Of a stretch of 64,000 nucleotides of DNA, positions 40,913 through 49,519 are shown piece after piece (position 1 is the first letter of the stretch; each line of letters opens with the position of its first letter). Origin of the DNA: a bacterium (GTDB taxonomy: Bacteria > Patescibacteriota > JABMPQ01 > JBDRIV01). The notes below the pieces were generated by a model, which saw only the letters and a program-made list of their open reading frames with translations, did no database searches and had not been told where the DNA came from. The translations under genes and the position numbers were made by a program. The stretch is from the NCBI GenBank assembly GCA_043815505.1, contig JBDRIV010000002.1:116784-180783 (forward strand), in the 5' to 3' direction.

Positions 40913-41025
40913 GGCAAGCCCCGCTCCAGTTTTTTAGAACTTAGATACTTATAGTTAAGTAATGCTATTTAGTATCAATATAGTTGTTGAAATTTTTAAG
41001 TTCAATAAAACTGGGGCGGGGCAAG
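40913..41025. repeat. about 113-bp inverted-repeat element, copy A
   Basis: GGCAAGCCCCGCTCCAGTTTT ... 73 nt AT-rich ... AAAACTGGGGCGGGGCAAG. Confidence 0.8.
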
Positions 41026-41107
41026 TCATTAGGGTTCATGTTTAGCCACACAATAATTTTGTTCAAAAAATAATCCCCAATCGATTATTTCCGATTGGGG
41101 ACACTGA

Positions 41108-41884
41108 CTAGAATCCTTCAAATATTGATGGAGCGAAAATTATCGTTACACCAATTACTTCTAGACTTGCGGGCTCATCAAGATACTCAAGATCGTATTC
41201 CTCTCTATAAAATGAGAGTCCGAATCCATATATTGGCTTGATTTGTATTTCTATGCGTTTACCAAATCCCGACCAGTTCTCCTTTTTTACTTCTTCCCAG
41301 CTAAGATATCGATCATGACCGGATCTGGCCGTGAAGCCGGTATATGGCCATCCATATTCGACTGATATCGATGATTTCCAGCACTTAAAAACAACAACAT
41401 CAAGTCCAATGTGTGGAATGGCATCAAAGAAGACTGGAGAGTCAAAGTAAAATTGAGTGAAGACGAAAGCTGCGTCAAATGCAGGTCGTGGATCATTATC
41501 CTGTTGTTGATAAGTGTATATTCCACTTCTAAAGTCATCATCGCGCATGGGGATTCTTAAATCTAGCCCGAGAGTTAAGCGAAGCCGCTCTGATCCATAC
41601 GATATGTCACCACCAGCCGTAGTTGCGCCAATGCGATAACTGTTACCGGCAGCTATATCAGTTGTTGTTTCTCCGTCAAAAAGCCAGTAATCGTCAGGGT
41701 GAGCGGGTGTTGTTTGGATTGTATCTCCAAGTTCGACATCGCAGATCATAAGATCAATAGAATATCTTAAGCTACCAGCAAAGAAAAGAAGCTTTTCCTC
41801 TTCTTTCGTTTCTTGACAAAAAGAAATTGCAGATGAGATAGTAAGAAAAATCAAAACTATAAAAAGAACACATTTTTGCCACAT
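41108..41884 (-). CDS. secreted beta-rich protein of unknown function
   Basis: Signal peptide MWQKCVLFIVLIFLTISSAISFC; Tyr/Gly/Asp-rich sequence with alternating hydrophobics; C-terminal ...SIFEGF. Confidence 0.5.
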   Translation of the reverse strand: MWQKCVLFIVLIFLTISSAISFCQETKEEEKLLFFAGSLRYSIDLMICDVELGDTIQTTPAHPDDYWLFDGETTTDIAAGNSYRIGATTAGGDISYGSERLRLTLGLDLRIPMRDDDFRSGIYTYQQQDNDPRPAFDAAFVFTQFYFDSPVFFDAIPHIGLDVVVFKCWKSSISVEYGWPYTGFTARSGHDRYLSWEEVKKENWSGFGKRIEIQIKPIYGFGLSFYREEYDLEYLDEPASLEVIGVTIIFAPSIFEGF

Positions 41885-41967
41885 CTTATTTCCTCCTTAA
41901 ATAAAAGTTGTTAGAGCAAAAAGACATATCAAATTACCAATAATGTTTGTTTTTGTCAAATAAAAAT

Positions 41968-42002
41968 CCCCAACTGCGTACTGCTTGCAGTTGGGGTTTT
42001 CG
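41968..42002. terminator. bidirectional-looking Rho-independent terminator
   Basis: CCCCAACTGC-GTACTGCTT-GCAGTTGGGG followed by TTTT, preceded by an A-run. Confidence 0.55.
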
Positions 42003-42875
42003 TTACGCAGCCGGTTGGCTGTGAACGAGAATTTTGCGGCCGAGTGAGCGCAGCCACTGAGGAATGAATTCACTCAAGCTTTTTCTGGTCAGAGGTTGAT
42101 TTAGTTCTTCCGGCGGTTTCGGCGGATTCACTAAATCCAGCATCTGCAAAAGTTCCCGTTTGATTTCCGGACCTTTCTCCAGATAATCAGCATAAGTTTG
42201 GCAACGGCTGATGATCAGAACCAGTTCGGCTAGAGAGTGCGAAGCAATCTCATTGCCGAAAAAGAGATCATTTTTGTCCACGCCGTCCGGTTCCCAGCGA
42301 ATTACATAGAGAGCTGTCCTCGCCATATCGGCAAAAACCACATCGCTCTCATTGCGAATTCCCTTGGGAAGAACGAAGCGAACAAATTTCCAGTTGGTAG
42401 CTGGTGGTCCGTAGATCTTACCTTCACCCTTGGAATCAACTGCCACACCGCCGAGAATATCTCGCATCATGGGATCATAACCGGGCAAATTAGGGGTTAC
42501 CTTCTCATCGCCGAGATGATAGTGAGGAGGTTGACCATCTTCGTAAAAAGCATGGAATTTTAATCTTTTACCCAGGCGTTGTAAAAGGCAAGCACTAAGC
42601 CAAGTTCCAGAACATACCAAAATCATAATACCTGTTAACAGTAGTCCGAACAGCACGTCCTGGTCAATGATTTTTTGCAAGTAACGGGCATAGTGATTAC
42701 CGCTTGTGATCAAAAAATACCCACTTCCCAAAGGTATTATTACCAACAGGGAAATGAGAAACAGGATAAGTGATCTTATAAGCCCGCTGTGATGCAGGGC
42801 TGGTAGGATCAGTTTGTGAACTTGCGCAACGATCGTGTCGTTGCAGTAAACACAGTTAGTTTTCTGTTGAGTCAT
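42003..42875 (-). CDS. membrane protein of unknown function with an N-terminal CxYC motif
   Basis: Start MTQQKTNCVYCND with a GGAGGA SD. 2-3 TM helices, then a roughly 180-aa soluble domain. GC clearly higher than neighbours. Confidence 0.5.
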   Translation of the reverse strand: MTQQKTNCVYCNDTIVAQVHKLILPALHHSGLIRSLILFLISLLVIIPLGSGYFLITSGNHYARYLQKIIDQDVLFGLLLTGIMILVCSGTWLSACLLQRLGKRLKFHAFYEDGQPPHYHLGDEKVTPNLPGYDPMMRDILGGVAVDSKGEGKIYGPPATNWKFVRFVLPKGIRNESDVVFADMARTALYVIRWEPDGVDKNDLFFGNEIASHSLAELVLIISRCQTYADYLEKGPEIKRELLQMLDLVNPPKPPEELNQPLTRKSLSEFIPQWLRSLGRKILVHSQPAA

Positions 42876-43188
42876 CGTTTTTCCTCCTTCATAAACGTGG
42901 GGGTTTATGATATAGGAAGATTTGTTCAGTAGTACAATATTATTGTACAACTGGGTATATAATCAACTCTGCCCTTATTTATGGGAAGTAGTTGTTATTT
43001 CAGATCATGGATTTTCAAGTGAGCAACTTAGAATATTATACTATATAAGCTGAAATGTCAAGTATTTGGAGCAAGAAAAAGAGCGGAAATCACGAGATTT
43101 CCGCCCCTGCTTAGTCAGTTGTTACTTTCTTGGTTTTTTGAAATTGGTGAATCGAACTTTGCCAGAAACACCTTTTCCTCCAGAATCT

Positions 43189-44499
43189 CTAGCTTTTTTT
43201 TGCGCCCTCCCCACCTTTTTTCAGTGCTTGATTAATGTCTTTAGGGGCCAGAATTTCTTCTTCTTTTTTATCGCAAAGATGAGAACCTCGGTTACCTGAC
43301 CTGATTTGATCCATGAGGTTGCCGGGCCTGGGAGGGCGACCGAGACAATGTTTTGAATCGCGCACGCCATCGATTTCGGACACAATAACAGGCCTTTGGG
43401 TTGGAACCTGCTTAGGTGGATCCAAAACGATATCAGATACAAGGTCTAGATCCTTACTTTCTTTCGGTCCAATCGAAAAGAGATCATCGCCCTCATCTTC
43501 TAATGATTCCAAAGCTGCATCAGCGAATTCCTCGTCCGCATCATTACCTGCTAAAACAACTTTAGCACCACTGAAATCAGGAACATCAGCGTTCACTGGC
43601 GATTCATCATCCACAGTAGCCAAATCGGCTTCGGCGAATTCATCTTCTGCGTCACTCGGAACATCCAGTTCAGCTACCGTCAAGGAATAGGAATTAATGT
43701 ATCTGAGTATTTCACTCATTATTTCCAGCATAGACTCATTGGGACTATTCTCAACTAGTCCATACAGATATTCATGACGAGGCCAATTTATCACCTGAGA
43801 AAAGTTTTCAAACAGTTTCATGATAATTAAAACCAGGGGAGAGAAGAAAGGGTAAATTAAACCAGCTTTTTTGTTATCCAATAAATGGATCGGGATAAGC
43901 CTAACATAGGATTCGAAAGTAGAATTTTCATTGGTTTTAATCTCAATGAATTCAGAATTAATAACCCAAGGGTTATTTAGAATGCCGGCGGTCCCAAACG
44001 ATTTGATGTGTATTGTTTTGTCACGAAGATCGAAAATAAATACTACACCAGCAGTCGCGTTTCGTGGTTTTCCTATTAGCTTTTTGGAAATACCTAGATC
44101 ATTATTTTTGAGAAGATGAAGCCTAGCTTGCAAATAGTCATTCTTATCTAAATAAACCATGAGTGATACATGATCGTTGTTTCTTACTTTCCGCATATAT
44201 TTTCTGTGTAACATTTTTGTGCAGTAAGCCAGGATTAGTGTAATGAAAACTGCGAGAAAAAGAAAGAGATTAAACCTTTCCAGGCTGACCACTTTCGACA
44301 GCAGACTCTGCACAAAGGCCACATTCACTGTGTTCATGAAAATAGCAATCGTAAGAGTACTTGTAAGCAGAAAGAAAACAATCAGAAGAGAAGAAATTAA
44401 AAACCAAAATTCTTTAAGAAAAGACCATCTCCTTACTTTTCCGAAAATAGGGAGAACCTTAGTGGACAAAACTTTCTTTGTGATTTGCTGATCAGTCAT
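43189..44499 (-). CDS. membrane protein of unknown function with a long acidic low-complexity C-terminal region
   Basis: Start MTDQQ with an AAGGAG SD; three TM helices; central globular region; D/E-rich tail (DVPSDAEDEFAEADLATVDDE...). Confidence 0.45.
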   Translation of the reverse strand: MTDQQITKKVLSTKVLPIFGKVRRWSFLKEFWFLISSLLIVFFLLTSTLTIAIFMNTVNVAFVQSLLSKVVSLERFNLFLFLAVFITLILAYCTKMLHRKYMRKVRNNDHVSLMVYLDKNDYLQARLHLLKNNDLGISKKLIGKPRNATAGVVFIFDLRDKTIHIKSFGTAGILNNPWVINSEFIEIKTNENSTFESYVRLIPIHLLDNKKAGLIYPFFSPLVLIIMKLFENFSQVINWPRHEYLYGLVENSPNESMLEIMSEILRYINSYSLTVAELDVPSDAEDEFAEADLATVDDESPVNADVPDFSGAKVVLAGNDADEEFADAALESLEDEGDDLFSIGPKESKDLDLVSDIVLDPPKQVPTQRPVIVSEIDGVRDSKHCLGRPPRPGNLMDQIRSGNRGSHLCDKKEEEILAPKDINQALKKGGEGAKKS

Positions 44500-44672
44500 A
44501 ACAATTCTCCTTATAGTGGTATTTACAAAATTGAATATGTGAAAGGGCAAATTGCCAGAATTAGCAACGGTTTATAATATCATTAATTATAGAATTGGCA
44601 AGTAGCAGTCTTTTTAAAAAAAAGAGAGTCAAAATAATCTAGACTCTCGTATATGTTTTGAAATAAGTGTCA

Positions 44673-45392
44673 TTAAATCCAAGCTCGATCTGAGTGAAAT
44701 CTTTGTCCGATAAAATCTGTCACTTCCTTCGAAGATCTACAGTTTGCGATAATATGTGGAATTTTTTCAGCTGAGAAAATGAATTTCTTACCTGTTCCTT
44801 TCAATTTTATCACAGCTAAAAGATTACTCACAAGACCTGATTCACAAAAACAGATATTGAGATATTCTGGAGGAATATTATTATTGACAAAACCACCAAG
44901 AACCTCCCAAATAGATGAAAAATATATGTAAGAAGAATTATCTGTGTCTATTTTGTGTCCAAGAATACAGCTATTTTTTTTTCTGTTATTGGCGGTACCG
45001 TCAAAAGCAATTATGACAGTCAACTGTTGGTCTGTAAATACAGTGTTGGGGTACTTCACGTCATTATTTTTTGCAGAACAGGGTGGCGTGCTATGAATAT
45101 GTGTGATTCCTCCATTATCGTTTTGTATATGCCCAATTGAATGAGTGAAGTTTCTCAAATAGTATTCACAAGTTAAGCAAAGAATTAAAATCCCGAAAAT
45201 GATAATTCCAGATGTTGTGGATGTGTAGGGTATGTTAGCAGTTTTAGCTAAGTAGAAAAAGAACCCAAGTACAATCACCCAAAGTATTCGCCGAATCAGA
45301 TTGGTACCAGATAAAGGTTTGAATTTTGTGATTCTTGAAATGAAGTTTGTACAACTGGAACAAATCGGATAGTCTTTTCCCGCTTTACGCAT
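44673..45392 (-). CDS. membrane protein of unknown function with an N-terminal CSSC motif
   Basis: MRKAGKDYPICSSCTNF with an AGGAGG SD, two TM helices, C-terminal soluble domain. Architecture parallels 42003..42875. Confidence 0.45.
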   Translation of the reverse strand: MRKAGKDYPICSSCTNFISRITKFKPLSGTNLIRRILWVIVLGFFFYLAKTANIPYTSTTSGIIIFGILILCLTCEYYLRNFTHSIGHIQNDNGGITHIHSTPPCSAKNNDVKYPNTVFTDQQLTVIIAFDGTANNRKKNSCILGHKIDTDNSSYIYFSSIWEVLGGFVNNNIPPEYLNICFCESGLVSNLLAVIKLKGTGKKFIFSAEKIPHIIANCRSSKEVTDFIGQRFHSDRAWI

Positions 45393-45510
45393 TTTGCTTC
45401 CTCCTTAATAAATTTTATAGAGTACGGTTTAATACTGGCAGAGTATCATAGATAAATAATTTGGCAAATAAAAATCCGCTACAAGTTCAGATAGCAGATT
45501 TTCTATTTTT

Positions 45511-46005
45511 TTATTTAAGTAAGAATTTTTTATTCTTTCCTAAATCCAGAAATTCGTCAGCTACATCCATCAATTTGGAAGAAGTTGATTTTTGGAAAGA
45601 GGCAACTTCAACTCGACAACCTTTGGCGTGACGCAAATGATGAACCAAATCAACGTAGTCGCCGTCACCAGAAGCGATTACAACGACATCACATTTTTCT
45701 GCAATCTCGATTGTGTCCATGGCCAGTCCAATATCCCAATCACCTTTTTTATTGCCACCATAAAAGATTTGAATGTCTTTCATTTTAACTTCGTAACCTT
45801 GATTAGAAAGTGCGCCGAAAAATGTTTGTTCTTCTGGTGCTTCGGCTTTGATAACGTAAGCAATTGCTCGAACCAATTTTCTTGGTCCCACAACTTCTTT
45901 TAATATTTCTTTAAAGTTAACTTTGGTTCCAAATAAATGTTTGGCGGAGTAGTACAAGTTTTGCACATCCACAAAAACACCAACGCGTTGGTCTTTAAAT
46001 TTCAT
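45511..46005 (-). CDS. NYN-domain (LabA-like) predicted ribonuclease
   Basis: VGVFVDVQNLYY...VVVIASGDGDYVDLV, typical of the NYN/LabA fold. Confidence 0.6.
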   Translation of the reverse strand: MKFKDQRVGVFVDVQNLYYSAKHLFGTKVNFKEILKEVVGPRKLVRAIAYVIKAEAPEEQTFFGALSNQGYEVKMKDIQIFYGGNKKGDWDIGLAMDTIEIAEKCDVVVIASGDGDYVDLVHHLRHAKGCRVEVASFQKSTSSKLMDVADEFLDLGKNKKFLLK

Positions 46006-46075
46006 ATCAGTAAATTAATAGTTAATTCAATCGGCCATAAGCCATAAGCCATTGGCCATTTGCAGGGCACGAGCC

Positions 46076-46381
46076 CTACACTTGTTTTATTTTTAGTTTT
46101 TTGGTGATGCTCAAATAGCGCTTTTCATCTTCTTTTTTTAGATGATTTAGTAACTTCACACGTTGTGCTACCATGCCGAGTAAACCTCGGCGAGAAGAGT
46201 GATCTTTTTTATGATCTTGCAAATGTTTTGTAAGCTCCTTAATTTCCTCAGTCAAAATTGCGACCTGTACCTCGGGGGATCCAGTGTCTTTGGCGTGAGT
46301 TTTATATTTCTTTATAAGATTTTCTTTCTTCTTTTGGCTAATCATTTTTATGGTTATTAAACATGTACGAGTATGATACAA
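46076..46381 (-). CDS. rpsO: 30S ribosomal protein S15
   Basis: [13 protein letters not shown]...L..H..D..SRRGLL.MV..R..LL.YL. Confidence 0.85.
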   Translation of the reverse strand: MYHTRTCLITIKMISQKKKENLIKKYKTHAKDTGSPEVQVAILTEEIKELTKHLQDHKKDHSSRRGLLGMVAQRVKLLNHLKKEDEKRYLSITKKLKIKQV

Positions 46382-46462
46382 GAAATTTATACTTTTGGCA
46401 ATAGTTTGTTTATTTGGCAGAAATACGGTATTATTATAATGTCGTACAATAATTAATTACGC

Positions 46463-47404
46463 ATGGCTACGCAAAATTCATTAAAAGGGCTTATCCAAGA
46501 CTTCTTGGATTATTTAGAAGGGGAGAAAAACTGCTCTCCTTTAACAACCAGAAATTATCATTCTTATTTGACCGATTTTGCTAACTCTATGAAAGTTTCT
46601 CAGCCAGCCGAGATAACAGATAGTAAGTTGCGAGATTATCGAGTTGTTTTAAATAGAAGAAAAAATTCTAAGGGAGATTATTTAAAACATTCTACCAAGA
46701 ATTATTATTTAATTGCTCTTCGTTCCTTTCTGAAGTATTTAGCCAAGCGCGATATAAAAAGTCTAATGCCTGAAAAAATTGAGTTGGCCAAAGTGGCTGG
46801 ACGTGAGATAGATTTTTTGGAGCCAGAAGAACTCGCTCGTTTGCTTGATGCACCAGATGCAGGAACAATGCGTGGATTGCGTGACAAAGCAATTTTAGAA
46901 CTGCTGTTTTCCTCTGGTTTGCGTGTCAGTGAATTATGTTCACTTGATACTAAGAAAATAAATTTGAAAAAAGATGAATTTTCTATTCGCGGAAAAGGAG
47001 ATAAGTTGCGGGTCGTTTTTCTTTCTAACACCGCTAAGTACTGGTTGAAAAAATATAATGATGCCAGACAAGATGGTTTATCTCCACTATTCATAAGCTA
47101 TCCAAAAGGGAAAGCTAGTCTCGATGTTTCCGATCCAGAAAAAAGAAGATTAACCCCAAGGAGTATTCAAAGGTTAGTTCATAAATATGCTCTTATTGCT
47201 GGAATTACAACCAAGGTTACACCCCATGTTTTGCGTCATAGTTATGCCACAGATTTACTAATGGGTGGTGCTGATATTCGTTCGGTGCAGGCCATGCTTG
47301 GGCACGCTTCTATTACCACTACGCAAATGTATACGCACATTACTGACAAAAGATTACGCGAAGTTTATAAGAAGTTTCACGGGAAAACTAGAAGAGGCGA
47401 GTAG
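46463..47404 (+). CDS. tyrosine site-specific recombinase, XerC/XerD family
   Basis: N-terminal core-binding domain. Catalytic R (LRDKAILELLFSSGLRVSEL), the HVLRHSYATDLL box and LGHASITTTQMYTH with the Tyr nucleophile. Confidence 0.8.
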   Translation: MATQNSLKGLIQDFLDYLEGEKNCSPLTTRNYHSYLTDFANSMKVSQPAEITDSKLRDYRVVLNRRKNSKGDYLKHSTKNYYLIALRSFLKYLAKRDIKSLMPEKIELAKVAGREIDFLEPEELARLLDAPDAGTMRGLRDKAILELLFSSGLRVSELCSLDTKKINLKKDEFSIRGKGDKLRVVFLSNTAKYWLKKYNDARQDGLSPLFISYPKGKASLDVSDPEKRRLTPRSIQRLVHKYALIAGITTKVTPHVLRHSYATDLLMGGADIRSVQAMLGHASITTTQMYTHITDKRLREVYKKFHGKTRRGE

Positions 47405-47539
47405 TCTTTGTTCAGAGTTTGTCGAGGGGTTGTTAATTAGATGCTATAATGTTATAGTAACGCGGAAATTATTTGGCATATGGCATATAGCAAATGGCAA
47501 ATAGTACATAATCGTTTACAATTCAAACGAGGAGAGCAT

Positions 47540-47568
47540 CCAGCCCCAGTTTGAAAAACTGGAGCTGG
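47540..47568. repeat. hairpin-only mini copy of the inverted-repeat element
   Basis: CCAGCCCCAGTTT-GAAAA-ACTGGAGCTGG. Confidence 0.6.
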
Positions 47569-47570
47569 AG

Positions 47571-47760
47571 AGCACGGATTCAAATTGAGAAGAGGAATAA
47601 ATACAGTCGAAATTAGGAGCGCAGGTGAACGTAGTGAACCGAGCACGCGTTTAAATTGAGAGTAGGAATAGTACAGTCGAAATTAGGAACGGAAGGCGAA
47701 GCCTGAGTACGGATTTCGACTGAGAGGAGGAGCAATACGGAGGTCGGTGAAGTTCAATTA
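47571..47760. repeat. about 70-bp imperfect tandem repeat, 2.6 units
   Basis: Units AAATTGAGAAGAGGAATAAATACAGTCGAAATTAGGAGCG... and AAATTGAGAGTAGGAATAGTACAGTCGAAATTAGGAACGG..., each bounded by GAGYACGGATT. Confidence 0.8.
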
Positions 47761-47770
47761 ATTGAACTTC
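47749..47770. promoter_or_regulatory. perfect 22-bp palindrome GAAGTTCAATTAATTGAACTTC, 25 nt upstream of tRNA-Arg
   Basis: Read directly; fully self-complementary. Confidence 0.8.
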
Positions 47771-47795
47771 GTAGACCGCAGTATTGGTCCGACGA

Positions 47796-47867
47796 GTCCC
47801 CATAGTTCAACGGATAGAACGAGAGCCTTCTAAGCTCTAGATGTAGGTTCGATTCCTACTGGGGATA
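47796..47867 (+). tRNA. tRNA-Arg (anticodon TCT)
   Basis: GTCCCCA acceptor, D-arm GTTC/GAAC, anticodon loop CTTCTAA, T-arm GTAGG-TTCGATT-CCTAC. Confidence 0.8.
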
Positions 47868-47946
47868 GGGATAATTATATGTAAGCAAAACTGTTTAGCT
47901 AAACCCTGTTGTAGACATTGATATAGTATTCTGATATGCTTTAAAC

Positions 47947-48411
47947 ATGAATGTAAAATGCAAGATTTGCTCAAAAGAGTTTTATGTAAAACCATCCCAT
48001 AAAAAAATGGGTTGGGGAAAGTTCTGTTCATTAAAATGTGCATATATTGCAAGAAGAAAAGGTAAGGAATTAGATTGCGCAGAATGTGGAAAGAGAATAT
48101 ACCGATCCCCGAAGCAACTTAAGAAGTCTAAGTCACAATTATATTTTTGTACAAAATCATGTCATCAGAAGTATAAAAATAAGTTTATGTCTGGCGAGAA
48201 TCATCCGCAGTGGAAGTACGGGAAATATTACTATCTTCCGCTAATGAAGAGAAAGAAGAAAATGATATGCATGAAATGTAATGAAAAAAATAAAAAAGTT
48301 TTGGTTGTTCATCATATAGATAGAAATAGAAAAAATAATGAATTGGAAAATCTGATTTGGTTATGTAGGAATTGTCATTATCTAGTTCATCAGTATAAAG
48401 AAAAGTTTTGA
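47947..48411 (+). CDS. HNH endonuclease with N-terminal Cys-rich zinc ribbons
   Basis: Four CxxC pairs in the N-terminal 100 aa; C-terminal HHIDRNRKNN...LCRNCH HNH motif. Confidence 0.65.
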   Translation: MNVKCKICSKEFYVKPSHKKMGWGKFCSLKCAYIARRKGKELDCAECGKRIYRSPKQLKKSKSQLYFCTKSCHQKYKNKFMSGENHPQWKYGKYYYLPLMKRKKKMICMKCNEKNKKVLVVHHIDRNRKNNELENLIWLCRNCHYLVHQYKEKF

Positions 48412-48418
48412 ACGATAT

Positions 48419-48490
48419 GGTGGCCATAGTTCAATGGTAGAACACTAGCTTGTGGCGCTAGCTACGAGAGTTCGATTCTCTCTGGTCACC
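48419..48490 (+). tRNA. tRNA-His (anticodon GTG) with encoded G-1
   Basis: G-1 plus GTGGCCA acceptor, anticodon loop TTGTGGC, discriminator C73. Confidence 0.8.
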
Positions 48491-48602
48491 CGGCAAAGAC
48501 ATCTTCGTAACAGAAGGTGTTTTTGTTTTGGATAAAAAAGGACCTGCGGACCGAGTTGGTCGCGCAGGCCTTGCCAAATTCATGTTGCATGTTGAGAAAG
48601 TA

Positions 48603-49133
48603 TCAATAATCAGAAGTGATAAAGAAACTAACCCATCCAATTGCAGCAATGATAAAGGATATCCACCACCAGAGCAGAATTCCAACCTCACTTGGAAACC
48701 AGACGATGTGAGCTGGTAGAGTAACCTCAGTACCAGACTTTCCTTCGTCAAGGACAACTTCCCTGATCTTCATCAGAGCATTGTCTCTTACGAGTTGGGA
48801 GACCGATTCTGGGTCCTCTACGATCCTTGCAAGAAGATCACTGACGGTTTCGTTGGCCTCATTGATCTTGCGATACCAGATGCCAACATCCGTGACCTTA
48901 AGTTTGTTGAAAAAGAAGGCCGAGTTGCCGCTGGTGAGTCCTTGTTCTTCCATTTTCTCGATAGCGGCTGAAAGAAATTCGTTGGCCATCTCGAGGTTTG
49001 GAGCATCGCCAGCGTTTTTGAGGTGGTCACCGATCTCACTGTGAAAATCGTACCACCAGCTGATGCTGCATACCCCGACGATAATCAGGGACACTGCACC
49101 GACGATTCCTAATGCAAGAAATAATCCTCTCAT
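48603..49133 (-). CDS. membrane protein, hypothetical (N- and C-terminal TM helices)
   Basis: ORF of 176 aa with TM helices at both ends; higher GC than the genome average. Confidence 0.45.
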   Translation of the reverse strand: MRGLFLALGIVGAVSLIIVGVCSISWWYDFHSEIGDHLKNAGDAPNLEMANEFLSAAIEKMEEQGLTSGNSAFFFNKLKVTDVGIWYRKINEANETVSDLLARIVEDPESVSQLVRDNALMKIREVVLDEGKSGTEVTLPAHIVWFPSEVGILLWWWISFIIAAIGWVSFFITSDY

Positions 49134-49519
49134 CGTACTTCTCCTTTTGAAGGAGTGGATTGTCTATTGAAGACAAGCCACTCGGGTTTGAAAACATTGC
49201 TTGCCTACATTCGCATTTGAATCCGAACACAATGAACAAGACTTTGTAGACTACAAAACTTCCCCATATTTGTCAATAATTCTCTCTTGACAGAGTTATT
49301 AATTCCTGCTACATTACTTAGTCCAGTTTTGCTATACTAAAAGTGTAAATGTTTAAAGGTTAGAACTTTTACAAATTCAAAGTAAACACTTTGACATAAA
49401 CATGAACAAACAATATTTGTTTCAATTAAGGAGGTGAAGATTGTTGACATCTTGGTTTTATGAAGTTCTCATTCTTTGAAATCTGGCCCGCCTAGGGCTT
49501 TACAAAAAGGAGACGAAAA

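Noticed and set aside
43066-43690. ORFs 43066-43299(+), 43221-43442(-) and 43313-43690(+) in the acidic-tail region
   Set aside because: They overlap the 3' part of the 43189-44499 gene, and their composition (Ser/Ala runs) is a mirror of the D/E-rich coding strand.
47571-47760. Possible CRISPR array at the 70-bp tandem repeats, and at the dispersed 16-bp palindromes (12.2-13.2 kb)
   Set aside because: The units abut without unique spacers, there are only 2.6 copies, and no cas genes are nearby. The palindromes are irregularly spaced (30-330 bp) inside an intact ORF.
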